This document shows, piece after piece, positions 47,972 through 60,091 of a stretch of 64,000 nucleotides of DNA (positions within the stretch are counted from its first letter, which is position 1; every line of letters starts with the position of its first letter). The stretch spans positions 61,412,430 to 61,476,429 of the forward strand of contig NC_090399.1 of NCBI RefSeq assembly GCF_036365525.1, written 5' to 3'. Both the position numbers and the translations under genes were made by a program. The stretch comes from Heterodontus francisci. Taxonomy: Eukaryota. Below the pieces are notes generated by a model. That model was not told where the DNA came from, made no database searches, and was given only the letters and a program-made list of their open reading frames with translations.

Positions 47972-49370
47972 TTTTTTAAATTATTTGTTTGTGATATTGT
48001 GGGCGTCGCTGACTAGGCCAGCATTTGAGATATGCCTGGTGCTGCTCTTGCCATGTCCTCCTGCAATCTTCATTGAACCAGGATTGGTCCCCCAGCTTGT
48101 TGGTAATGGTGGAGTGGGGGATATGCCGGGCCATGAGGTTACAGCTTGTGGTTGAGTACAATTCTGCTGTTGCTGATGGCCCACAGCACCTCAAGGAAGT
48201 CCAGTTTTGAGTTGCTAGATCTGTTTGAAATCTATCCCATTTAGCATGGTGGTAGTGTCACACAACACGATGGAGGGTATCCTCAATGTGAAGACAAGAC
48301 TTTGTCTCCACAAGGACTGTGTGGTGGTCACTCCTATCAATACAGTCATGGACAGATGCATTTGCAACAGCTAGATTGATGATGACGAGGTCAAGTTGGT
48401 TTTGCCCTCTTGTTGGTTCCCTCACCACCTGCTGCAGACCCAGTCTAGCAGCTATGTCCTTTAGGACTCGGACAGCTCGGTCAGTGATGGTGCTACCAAG
48501 CCATTCTTGGTGATGCACATTGAAGTCTCCCACCCAGAGTATATTCTGCACCCTTTCCACCCTCAGTGCTCCTTACAATTGGTGTTCAACATGGAGGAGT
48601 AATGACTCATCAGCTGAGTGGGGGGCGGTAGGTGGTAATCAGCAGGAGGTTTCCTTGCCCATATTTGACCTGATGCCATGAGACTTCATGGGGTCTGGAG
48701 TCGATGTTGATGACTCCCAGGGCAACTCCCTCCTGACTGTATACCACTGTGCCATCACCTCTGATGGGTCTGTCCTGCCAGTGGGACAGAAAGTACCCAG
48801 GGATGGTGATGGTCATGTCCAGGACATTGTCTGTTAGGTATGATTCTGTGAGTATGACTGTGTCAGGCTGTTGCTCGATTAGTCTGTGGGACAGCTCTCC
48901 CAACTTTGGCACAAGCCCCCAGATGTTAGTAAGGAGGACTTTGCAGGGTCGACAGGGCTGGATGTGCTGTTGTCATTTCCGATGTCTTGGTCAATGCTGG
49001 GTGGTCTGTCTGGTTTCATTCCTTTTTAGACTTTTCTCTCGCGGTTAGGTACAACTGAGTCGGCCATTTCAGAGGGTGTTTAAGAGTCAACCACATTATT
49101 GTTTGTCTGGAGTCACATGTAGGCCAGACTGACTAAGAGCAGCAGATTTCCTTCCCTGAAGGACATTAGTGAACCAGATGGGTGTTTACAACAATCGACA
49201 ATGGTTTTATGGTCACCATTACTGAGGCTAGCTTTTTTCTAAATTCCACATTGATTCATTGTATTTAAATTCCACCAGCTGCCATGGTGGGATTTGAAGC
49301 CATGTCCCCAGACCATTAGCCTGGGCCTCAGGATTGCTAGTCCAGTGACATTACCACTACGCCACCTCCC
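47972..49370 (-). mobile_element. tRNA-headed LINE, internally deleted: head, full AP endonuclease, then directly the 3' tail
   Basis: Head at 49280-49370 (TGGCGTAGTGG), ORFs 48610..48912 and 48258..48560 (WVGDFN, NQLDLV, SDH), tail revcomp gtgggcgtcgctgactaggccagcattt at about 47998-48027. Confidence 0.85.
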
Positions 49371-49377
49371 GCACACT

Positions 49378-49850
49378 CAATACCTCTGTTTATGAAGCCC
49401 AAAATCCCAGAGGTGTTGATAATTACTGCTCAATATGCCCTGTCACTTTCAAAGATCTATACACATTAATCCCCATGTCCGTCTGTTCTTGCACATGCTT
49501 TAGAAATGTGCCATTAAGTCTATATTACCTTTCCCTATCCCTTCTGCCAAAATGTATCAATTCACACTGCTCCATATTAAATTCCATCTGGCACTCGTCT
49601 TCCCACTCTGCTAGCCTATCAATGTCCTGTTGCAGTCGATTTGTATCATCCTCACTGTTTGTCACAACTTCAAGTTTGATATCACCAGCACATTTTCAAA
49701 TGTTACTCTGCATTCCAATATCCATGTCAATTATATGTATAATATATCAAAACAATTAGTAGATCTAACACTGACTGTAATGGAACACCACTGTCTAATA
49801 TGCTCCAGTCTGAAATACAGCCTTTCACCTCAAATCACTGTTTTCATCCA
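49378..49850 (-). mobile_element. Decayed CR1 RT fragment
   Basis: Reverse complement of D.LAEW...WQMEFN..QCELIHFGRR segment. Confidence 0.6.
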
Positions 49851-50199
49851 GTGAGAGAGGATTTGAGGAAAGTAGCAGGAGCAATGCAGAGAATGATGAA
49901 ATATACTCATTCAGGGACTTGCAGCTACGGAGAGATGGCAGGAGTGAGAATAAGCACAGGGCTGAATGGAAGGGGACACTGATTGAGCACAGTGCATCCC
50001 AGTATGTGTACAGCAGCAGTAATGGTGAGTGTGCACCACCTGATGTTTTAATATACAAGGTGCATGTTATCAGGTTGTGTTACTATTAAGTGTGTGGGTG
50101 CACCCACTGGAGGTTTAATATACATGTTACATTTCAGTAATTCTGCAATGCAAATTAGGGAGAGTGTGTGCCACCTTGTGGCTGAATGTAGAAACTGCG

Positions 50200-51520
50200 A
50201 TTTAGAATCAGAATGGTCCAGCACAGAATGAGGTAATTCAGCTCATCGTGTCTGTGTTGGGTCTTCAGATTTCTCTTTAGATAATTATCCAATTCTCTTT
50301 TGAAAGCTACTAATGACTCTGCCTCCACAACACTCTCATGCAGTGCATTCCAGATCCCAACTATTGGCTGCAAACGTTTTTCCGCAAGTTACCTTTGGTT
50401 CATTTCCCATCCACTTTAAATCAGTATCCACTCGTTCTCGACCCTTCCACCAATGGGAAAGGTTTCTCCCTATCTACTCTGTCTAAACACCTCATTATTT
50501 TGAACAGCAATGTCAAATCTCCAAACAACCTTCTCTTGTCCAAAGAGAGCAGCCCCAGCTTCTCCAATCTATCCATGTAACTGAGTCCCTCATCCTTGGA
50601 ACCATTCTGATAAATCTTTATTACACCCTCTCTAACACCTTCACATTCCTCCTACTGTGTGGTGCCCAGAATTGGACACAATATCCCAGTTAAGGCTGAA
50701 CCAGTGTTTCATAAAGGTTCTCATGAAAGGTCAGAAAATTAACTTTGTTTCTCTCTCCTTAGATGCTACCACACCTGCGAAGTGTTTCAAGCATTTTCTG
50801 TTTTCATTCCCGATTTCCAGCATCCACAGTATTTCACTCTTGTTTTATGAAGGTTCACCATAACCTCTTTGTGTTTGTACTCTATGTCTCTATTTATACA
50901 GCCCAGGAACACTTACACCTTAGTAACCACTTTCTCAACCTGACCTGCCATCTTCAACAATATGTGCACATTTACCCCCAGGTCCTGCTGCTCCTGTTCC
51001 CCCTTTACAATTGTAGTTTGTTTTTTTATATTGCCTCTCTACATTCTTCTGTGTGTCACTTTGCACTTTTCTGTGTTAAATTTAATCTGCCAGTTGCCTG
51101 CCCATTCCACCAGCCTATGTCTGCTTGAATTTATCACTATCGTCCTCACTGTTCACTCTACTTCCAAGTTTGTATCATATGCAAATTTTCAAATTGTGCA
51201 TTGACCAAGTCTCGGTCATTAATATAGATTAATAAAAGCAGTGCTCCTGTTAATGATCCTGGGGAACTCCACTATGTACCATCCTCCAATCCAAAGTATA
51301 ACCATTCACAAATACTCTCTGTTTCCTGTCACTCAGCTAACTATCCATGCTGTCAATGTCCCTTTTATTTCACAGGCTTCAACTTTGCTGACAGGCCTAT
51401 TATGTGTCACTTTATTCACCCTTTTTTTGCAAGTCCATGTACACCAATCAACCACATTACCATTATCAACCCTCTCTGTTATCTCACCAATAAAACTCAA
51501 TCAAGTTAGTTAAATATGAT
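50200..51520 (-). mobile_element. CR1 3' half, decayed, interrupted by a Penelope terminal fragment
   Basis: Tail ttagaatcagaat, revcomp CVQFWAPH near 50660, RT remnants to 51520. Confidence 0.7.
50718..50850 (+). mobile_element. Short Penelope-like terminal fragment
   Basis: ctcatgaaaggtca...gatgct...agcattttctgtttt...atttccagcatccacagtattt; flanked by at(a/g)aaggttc repeats. Confidence 0.65.
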
Positions 51521-51579
51521 TCACCTTTAATAAAATAGAAACAGAAAATGCTGGAAATACTCAGCAGGTCAGAGAGCAG

Positions 51580-51958
51580 ATAGAAACATAGAAAATAGGA
51601 GCAGGAATAGGCCATTCGGCCCTTCGAGCCTGCTCCGCCATTCATTGTGATCATGGCTGATCATCCAACTCAGTAACCTGTTCCCGCTTTCGCCACATAT
51701 CCTTTGATTCCTTTCACCCCAAGAGCTATAACTAACTCCTTCTTGAAAACATACAATGTTTTGGCCTCAACTGCTTTCTGTGGTAGTGAATTCCACAGGC
51801 TCACCACTTTCTGAGTGAAGTATTTTCTCCTCATCTCAGTCCCGAAAGGTTTACCCCGTATCCTTAGACTATGACCCCTGGTTCTGGACTCCCCCACCAT
51901 CGGGAACATCCTTCCTGTATCTACCCTGTCAAGTCCTGTCAGAATTTTATAGGTTTCT
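51580..51958 (-). mobile_element. CR1/HER1 3' end nested in Penelope
   Basis: atagaaacatagaaaataggagcagg tail; ORF 51670..51909 GESRTRGHSLRIRGKPF...WNSLPQKAVEA. Confidence 0.88.
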
Positions 51959-52162
51959 ATATGTGGAGAGAAAAACAGAGCTAACGTTTCAGGTCAATGA
52001 CGTTTCATCAGACCTGGGAAAAATTAGAAATATAATAGGTTTTAAGTAGGTGAAATGGGAGAGGATGGAAAAAGAACAAAAGTGAAATTCTGTGATAGGG
52101 AGACATTAAAGGTTAATACAGTTTGTGTTGCAAGGACAAAGGGAGTTGTAATGGGAACAAGT

Positions 52163-52859
52163 CTTCTTCTTCTTTGTCCTCCTTGTCTCGAGAGACAATG
52201 GGTAAGCGCCTGGAGGTGGTCAGTGGTTTGTGGAGCAGCCCCTGGAGTGGCTATGAAGGCCAATATTAAAGTGACAGACTCTTCCACAGGTGCTGCAGAA
52301 AAAATTGATTGTCGGGGCTGTTACACAGTTGGCTCTCCCCTTGCGCTTCTGTCTTTTTTCCTGCCAACTGCTAAGTCTCTTCGACTCGCCACACTTTAGC
52401 CCCGCCTTTATGTCTGTCCGCCAGCTCTGGCGATCACTGGCAACTGACTCCCACGACTTGTGATCAATGTCACAGGACTTCATGTCGCGTTTGCAGACGT
52501 CTTTAAAGCGGAGACATGGACGGACGGTGGGTCTGATACCAGTGGCGAGCTCGCTGTACAATGTGTCTTTGGGGATCCTGCCATCTTCCATGCGGCTCAC
52601 ATGGCCAAGCCATCTCAAGCGCCGCTGACTCAGTAGTGTGTCTCAGCTGGGGATGTTGGCCGCCTCGAGGACTTCTGTGTTGGAGATACAGTCCTGCCAC
52701 CTGATATGCAGGATTCTCCCGAGGCAGCGAAGATGGAATGAATTGAGACGTCGCTCTTGGCTGACATACGTTGTCCAGGCCTCGCTGCCATAGAGCAAGG
52801 TACTGAGGACACAGGCTTGATACACTCGGACTTTTGTGTTCTGTGTCAGTGCGCCATTT
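52163..52859 (-). mobile_element. RTE-clade LINE 3' fragment with 11 bp TSD
   Basis: (GAA)n tail, LLYGSEAW, RWLGHVSRMEDGRIPK; TSD tgggaacaagt at 52152-52162 and 52860-52870; same family as 31198-33017. Confidence 0.93.
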
Positions 52860-53547
52860 TGGGAACAAGTAAAGAAACAGAAAGTATGTCCAGAGGAGCT
52901 GTAAATGACAGAATAATGAACAGCTGCTGTCTGAAATCAAAAACAGGAGAAAAACAAAACTAAGACCAAAACATGCAAAGAAAATGAAACAAAAAGGGGA
53001 GAGAGATTACGTTCTGAAATTGCTGAATTCAGTGTTGAGTCCAGAGGGCTGTAAACTGCCCAGTCAAAAGATGATCTGCTGTTCCCTGAGCTTACATTGA
53101 GCTTCATTAGAACACTGCAGCAGGTCAAGGACAGAGGTCAGTGTGAGAGCAATGTGGAGAATTAAAATGTTAGGACACTGGAAGCTCAGGGTCATGCTGC
53201 AGATTGAAGAGAGATGTTCTGTAATGTGGTGACTGAATCTGTGTTTGGTCTCCCCAATGAAGAGCAGATCACATTGTGAGCAGTGAATACAGTATACTAC
53301 ATTGAAAGAAGTACATGTAAATCACTGTTTCAACTGCAAGGTGTGCTCGGGGCCTTGGATGGTGAGGAGAGAGGAGGTAAAAGGGCAGGTGTTGCAACTC
53401 CTGTACTTACATGGGAAGTTGTTGTGAGAAGTGGACAGGGTATTGGGGGTTATTAAGTAGTGGACCAGAGTGTTGCAGAAGGAACGGTCTCCTCAGAATG
53501 CTGAAAGTGCAGGTGAGGGGAAGATGTGTTTGGTGGTGACATCACAC

Positions 53548-55460
53548 TCATAAGATCATAAGAAATAGGAGTAGGAGTGGGTCATTTGTCCCCTTGAGCC
53601 TGCTCCACCATTCAATAAGATCATGACTGATCTGAGTGTGGCCTTAACTCCACTGTCCTGCCTGACCCCATCACCCTTGACTCTCTTGTAGGTCAAAACT
53701 CTGCCTAACTCAGCGTTGAATATATTCAATGACCCAGCCTCCACTGCTTGCTGGGGAAGAGAATTCCAAACACTAACAACCCTCTGAGGGAAGAAATTCC
53801 TTCTCATCTCCATCTTACAAGGCAAACCACTTATTTAGAAACTGAACACCCGAGTTCTAGATTCCCCCAAGAGGGGAAACATCTTCTCAGCATCCACCCT
53901 GTCAAGACACCTCAGAATCTTCATAAGATCACCCCTCATTCTTCTAAACTCCAATGTGTACAGGACAACCTGTTCAACCTTTCCTCAAAAGACAATCCCT
54001 TCATCCCAGGAATCAGTCCAGTGAACCTTCTTTGAACTGTTTCCAATGCAAGGATATCCCTCCTTAAATAAGGAGATGAAAACTGTACACAGTACTCTAG
54101 GTGCAGTCTCAGCAATGCCCTGAACAGGTGGAGCAAGACTTCTCTACTTTTATACGCTATCCCCCTTGCAATAAATGCTAACATTCTATTGTCCTTCCTA
54201 ATTACATGCTGTACCTGCAAGCTAACTTTTTGTTACTCATGTACGAGGATACCCAGATCCCTCTGTACGACAGCATTCTGCAATCTCTCTCCATTTGATT
54301 AATATTTTGCCTTTCTATTCTTCCCACCAAAGTGGATAACCTCATATTTCCCACATTATACTCCCTCTGCCAAATTTTTGCCCTCTCAGTCATCCTTTGT
54401 GGCTTTGCAGATACTTTGTGTCCTCCTCACAACTTTCTTTCCTACTTAGCTTTGTATATGCCACAAATTTGGTTACAGATACACTTGGTCTCTTCATCCA
54501 AGTCACTGAGTAGATCCTAAATAGTTGAGGCCCCAGCACTGGTCCTGGTGGCACTTCACTAGTTAGTTTGCCAACTTGAAAATGCCCCATTTCCCCTGAC
54601 TCTCTGTTTCCTGTTAGTTAGCCAATCCTCCATTCATGGTAATATATTACCCCCAACACCATGAGCTCTTTTCTTGTGCAGTGACCTTTCATGTGGCACC
54701 TTATCGAATGCCTTTTGGAAATTCAAATACACTACATCTACTAGTTCCCCTTCATCCACCCTGTTTGTTACATACTCAAAGAACTCTAATAAGTTTCTCA
54801 AACACAATTTCCCTTTCATAAAAAGATGTTGACTCTGCCTGATTGCATTATGATTTACTAAATGTCCTGCTACTATTTCCTTAATTATGGATTCTAGCAA
54901 TTTCCCAAGAACAAATGTTCAGTTAACTGGCCTATAGTTTCCTGATTTCTGTTGCCCCCTCACCTTTCTTAAATAGACGTGTTACATTTGTGGTTTTCCA
55001 ATCCGCTGGGATCTTTCCAGAATCTAGAGAATTTTGGAAGATCACAACCAATGCATCTACTGTCTCTGCAGCTCCTTATTTTCAGACCCTGGGATGCAAA
55101 CCATCAGGTCCAGGGGACTTGTCACCCTTTAGTTCCAATAGTTTTCCTCGGACTTTTTCTCTTGTGATAGTGTTGGTTTTAAGTTCTTTTTGCCTCTTAA
55201 TTTTCTGCTTTTTGTGTCTTCTACTGCAAAGACAGATATAAAATATTTGCTCAAAGTCTCTGCCATTTCCTTGTTTCCAATTATTAATTCCCCAGTCTCA
55301 TTCTCGAAGGGAACAAAACTTACTTTAGCTACTCTTTCCTCTATATATTTATAGAAGCTTTTACTGTCTGTTTTTATATTTCTTGCTAGTTTACTTTCAT
55401 ACTTTAATTTCTCCCTCTTCATTATTTTTTTAGTTATGCATTGCATCTGAAGGACAGTCC
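53548..55460 (-). mobile_element. CR1 LINE ORF2 pseudogene with 3' tail
   Basis: cataagatcataagaaatagg tail; HLEYCVQF, FQKAFDKVPH, KSPGPDG, KTDSKSFYKY motifs. Confidence 0.9.
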
Positions 55461-56419
55461 TGGTCTTCAAAGATGAGCTGATATAAAAGATTTGAAGAGG
55501 TCAAAGGTGGAAAATTCCTCAGGTTTGATGTGACACAACTGCAATATTCCAACAGTAACCACAGGAAATCCCAATGTAGAATTGGAGAATACAGCAACAT
55601 ATCTCCAGAGGCTGAATGTACGTTTTGATGAGACTCTTGCCTTGAATAGTTTTCCCATTGAATGTTTTGTTCCTATCAGTATCTGTAGAAGTATGTGTAC
55701 AAGAGAAAGTGACAGAATAGTGATGGGTTCACCAGCCTCCAGGGATGTCCTGATCCATCCTGACATCGTGCAGAATCCGGCATTGAACCTCATCAATCAT
55801 TGGGGCAATAATCTAAAACTTGAATGTAGGATAATAAAACAGAACTTTCCCCAGGGATGGAAGAGAAATAATAGGGAAAATTAGATGTTTGTACTGAAAA
55901 AGGAATGGAATCTGCTCCATTCTAGTGTTTGAGTGGCTGGTTTTAGTGTTTCATGGATTGTGAAAAGTGTTAGTACTTTGTCTTTACAGCCATCAGTCAC
56001 TTATTTCTGGACTGGAGACTTCTGACTGCTGTTTTTATTCACACCCACATATCTAACAAAGGTCCAAGGTCACACACCATGCTGACTTGGAAATATATAC
56101 AGGGAGAGGTTCTTCTGATTTAAAATGGGACCAGTGGGAATTGGAATTGACCTTTAGATTTGAAATTAGTTGGGAGTTCGGAGACAGTGAATGTTATAAA
56201 GGATATGTACTCAGATTAGCGGGGAGACTGGGAGTTGGGAAAAGTCAGGAACAGCAGAGTTCTCTGAGAAACCGGGCTGTGTGAATCACCTGAGAACAAG
56301 GTCCTGTTTCATCATCAGACAGGTGACATTTCCCATTGTTCACAGGAACCGACTCTTTCAAGATGAACATGACTGACTGACAATTTCTGTCATTATTTTC
56401 TAATTTAAATTCAGATTCT

Positions 56420-56745
56420 TAAAACAACAGGATGTGGAACTGACGAGAGAACAGGATTTACTGGATATAACAATGAGTAATGAGCAGGATTTAATTAATA
56501 TTCTGACAGTAAATGAACATCTAACAATGAGTGACCACACTCTGTTAGAGACAGACATTCAGTTCATGGAGAAATGTCCCCCATATGCTATGGTTTTAAC
56601 CTTAGCAAGGCTGACTGGGACGGAATGAAACGTAAACTGAACACGTTAAACTGGGCTGAGCTGTTAACAGACAAACATGCAGTAAAACAATGGGAGGCTC
56701 TTAATGAAGTATTTATGATAATAAGTATGGAATACAGATCCCGAA
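56420..56745 (+). mobile_element. Old CR1/L2-group endonuclease-linker fragment
   Basis: TREQDLLD...SDH...NLSKADW...LNWAELL. Confidence 0.6.
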
Positions 56746-56749
56746 AGAG

Positions 56750-56985
56750 AGTGACACTCCACTTGTACAGTTCATGGTGGTTTTGAAGACAGAATTCCAA
56801 GATTTAAACCAGTGATGATGAAGGTATTGTGATCTATGTTCAAATCATGATAAATTGTGACTTGGAGGTGATGGTGTCCCCACTATGTTGATACTCTTGT
56901 CCTTCTCGATGGTAAAGGTCACGGGGAGGGCGGTGCTGTCGAAGTCAGCTTGGTGAATTACTGCAGTGTGTCCTGTAGATCAGAC
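56750..56985 (-). mobile_element. 3' coding fragment of the tRNA-headed LINE family
   Basis: Reverse complement homologous to 61195-61335 (caccaag..c.ttcgacagcacc). Confidence 0.55.
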
Positions 56986-57139
56986 ATACTTAAAACCTGC
57001 CTCTTTCTCCAAGCTTTTACCCTCTGCCCTAATACCCCTTATGTTTGATAATGCTTCTGTTCAACAGCTTAGGATGTTTTCCTACATTAAAGCTGCTGCT
57101 ATAGAATTACAGGTTGTTGTTGTAATGACCTGGATTTGT

Positions 57140-58400
57140 GTATACAGAGGTTAATTTCAAAGTTTGCCCATGACATGAGATTTGGAAATATAGAAAAGAG
57201 TTTGAAGGATTGGACCAGATTTAAAAAGGACACAAACAGATTAATGAAATGGGCAGACACTTGGCAGATAGAATTTAACCCAGAGAAATGTGAAATGATT
57301 CATTTCAGTTGAAAGAATGAGGAGTGACAATATGAACGAATTGTTCCCATTTTAAAGAGGGTGCAGGAACACTTACTATTTTTATAATCTTACAGCAGAG
57401 CTGGTTAAGATGAGCTAACAGGTGTGTTGAAAGACATGAATGGTTTTGATCGAGTAAATAAGGAGAAACTGTTTCCAGTGTCAGAAGAGTCACTAACCAG
57501 AGGAGGCAGATTCAAGGGGCTGAATTCTGTTGAGTTCCCAACATCGGGCTTCGTGACTGGGGTGGGAGGGTTAGGGTTAGGGGTGTGTGTGGTAGAAGAT
57601 TGCAGTGACAGTGGCCCACCACGGAGCCTGACACCAGGATTGCCAGGCTGATCTTCCCAGTGATGGTGAGGCTCCGTGGTGCTGCCACCCCCGTCACTTG
57701 GCGATGGGACCCAACTTTAAATATTGAAATAAAAGGACAGGAATACATTAACATACCATTCCCGGTGATCTTCCCGGCAGTCCACAATCTTCCATGTGAC
57801 GGCTGGCACTCACTCACTTTCACTTTCCTGTCCAGGGAAAGCTGGAGTCACCGAGGTGGGAAAGGTGGGAACTTCGTATTTTTAGTGTAATGGGGGAGGA
57901 GATGGGATCAACTCTGCATTCTAGTGTGGGGTGTGGGGGAAGGGGTGATCTCTGCACTTTGTACAGTTGGTGGAGAGAGGTCGACTGTTCAATTTAAGTG
58001 TGTTGGAGGGGAGAACGTGGCTACCATTTGTTTTCAGTGTATTGGGGGGGTGGAACAGGTCACATGTTTATGTACAGTGTAGTGGGGGCAGGTCTGGCAG
58101 CCCTTTAAAAATGGTGCCAACGCCTGCACACAGGTAACTGAGGCCCGTGCCAGTTTCACAGAGCCGAGCCCCGCCACGTGATTGTGACGGAGGGGAAGCA
58201 GACTGCCCTGCATATGGAAATGAGATGCCATGCCCTCGATCACAGTGGCATGGCGGTGCGTGGCCCACAGTGCGGGCTGTGATTCTTTTTTCACCTGTCA
58301 CCACTCCAGACAGCTGGAAACTAAAATTCAGCCCAAGATAATTGGCAAAAGAACCAAAGGTGAGATGAGGAGATTTTATTTCACACAGTGAGTTGTTGTG
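57140..58400 (+). mobile_element. Decayed CR1 3' fragments interrupted by a MITE
   Basis: KWADTWQIEFNPEKCEMIHF; aaggagaaactgtttcc...agattcaag|ataattggcaaaaga. Confidence 0.65.
57517..58334. mobile_element. Non-autonomous DNA transposon (PIF/Harbinger-like MITE), 818 bp
   Basis: TIRs GGGCTGAATT...AATTCAGCCC, 3 bp TSD AAG (57514-57516 and 58335-58337); removing it restores CR1 sequence. Confidence 0.82.
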
Positions 58401-58464
58401 GGACAGTGTACAGGGACCTTTACTCTGTTCCGAACATACACACAATCTTCCAGGCAACTCATTC

Positions 58465-58790
58465 TCTCTCACACACACATACACAGGTAATCAAACACAC
58501 GTTTGCACACAGACACACACACACTGATAAACAGACACAGATAAACAGATAGACACTCATGCACAGTGATAAACACACAGACAGCTACACACACAGACAG
58601 ACCGACAGTCAATCATACACTCACACATAAAGACAGACAGTCACCCACACCAACAGACCAACAAACACACCCTCAAACTCATATGCACTCTCACTCAGAC
58701 ACCCACAGATGCACAGACGGACACACTCACATACAGACATTCACACACACAGATACACAGACACTCTAACTCACTCAAAAACACAGACTG
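58465..58790. repeat. CA/GACA-rich low-complexity tract
   Basis: Degenerate (CA)n and (CAGA)n. Confidence 0.9.
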
Positions 58791-59031
58791 ACTGTTCCAG
58801 CCAGGTGAGAAGTGGTAGAATGACTCCCCTCCCTTTCTGCCTCTCGGTGACTGCAACAGGTATCTTTAAAAGAATTTGCCCGTCACTGTAGTGAGTGTCT
58901 AACTGTTTAGGTGTTGTGACTAAAAAAGAGATACACAGACAGGTTTTCTTGTAAAGAAAAGGAAATAGTGTTTATTGTTCTTAATCCCTGTGAAATAAAA
59001 ATTAATAAAAACGCTCCAACTCACATTCACA

Positions 59032-59182
59032 NNNNNNNNNNNNNNNNNNNNNNNNNNNNNNNNNNNNNNNNNNNNNNNNNNNNNNNNNNNNNNNNNNNNN
59101 NNNNNNNNNNNNNNNNNNNNNNNNNNNNNNNNNNNNNNNNNNNNNNNNNNNNNNNNNNNNNNNNNNNNNNNNNNNNNNNNNN
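59032..59182. other. Assembly gap (151 N)
   Basis: Run of N. Confidence 1.
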
Positions 59183-59623
59183 AGGGACAGCAGGTTAAAT
59201 TGAGAGTGTCCAAAAGAAAGTCAATCACATACTGATCCTGTTGGCTGATACATTGGATGGTTTCAGGCCCATTTTGTTGATTTTTTTCTGGATTCTGCAC
59301 AGAGATGATTTAAAGTCTGGATGGACGATCTCTGTCTTTTCCTCTGAAGTCAGCAGCTGTTTGGTTTATGTTGAAGATGCTGCCTGCAGTGTTTAGCTGG
59401 TCACATACAGGCAGGGCACACACTAGCAGAACAGGGATTATTCATCAGAGCTGAGGCAGGATGGAGTTTTTCACTTTCTGTTTTCCAGCTCACACAGAAA
59501 AGAGATTTTATTCTGAACACATGTTCTGTTTCTTTCCCCTCGACAGTTAAAACTATTTACCGTTATGAACCGGAGAGGTAATCACTTCCACTCAACATAA
59601 TGTAAAACGTTAATCAAGAACCA

Positions 59624-59876
59624 GCCGACCCTCACCCCGCGATCCGGCCGACCCTCACCCCGCGATCCGGCCGACCCTCGCCCCGCGATCCTGCCGACCC
59701 TCACCCCGCGATCCGGCCGACCCTCACCCCGCGATCCGGCCGACCCTCACCCCGCGATCTGACCGACCCTCACCCCGCGATCCGGCCGACCCTCACCCCG
59801 CGATCTGACCGACCCTCACCCCGCGATCCGGCCGACCCTCACCCCGCGATCCGGCCGACCCTCACCCCGCGATCTG
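59624..59876. repeat. 23 bp CpG-dense tandem repeat, 11 copies
   Basis: gccgaccctcaccccgcgatccg, period 23 (59624, 59647). Confidence 0.95.
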
Positions 59877-60091
59877 TCACATGTTTAAGCTGATTGTTCT
59901 GCTGGTTCACTTCCACACAGCACGTCTCCTTTCTGATAGCTTTGTCATTTACAAACTGAAGTCATGTCAATGTTCGACCACTTTACAAACTGCTGTCCAG
60001 GCCACACAAACACATTGCTCCTCAGTCACTTTATAAAACACATCCTGTGGTTTCAGTCCACTCAATAAACAAAGTCATTCTTGATGAAACA

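Larger units (their letters stand above)
51530..53545 (-). mobile_element. Penelope-like element (GIY-YIG, 3'UTR, hammerhead-bearing terminus) carrying nested CR1 and RTE insertions
   Basis: Minus strand CNTCPFTSS...NVVYCIHCSQC...IGETK...LGSLQPSGLNTEF at 53010-53420; CTGATGA...GAAACGTT at 51983-52011; terminus at 51530-51580. Confidence 0.82.
58915..60091 (-). mobile_element. Possible LTR spanning the assembly gap
   Basis: Starts TGTGAC, minus-strand AATAAA near 58971, ends in ACA next to a CR1 fragment; boundaries uncertain. Confidence 0.3.

Noticed and set aside
55467-55884. Overlapping ~100 aa ORFs in unique DNA
   Set aside because: No motif, homology cue or exon signals that I can support
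57568-57582. Interstitial telomere (gggttagggttaggg)
   Set aside because: Only about 2.5 units, inside a MITE
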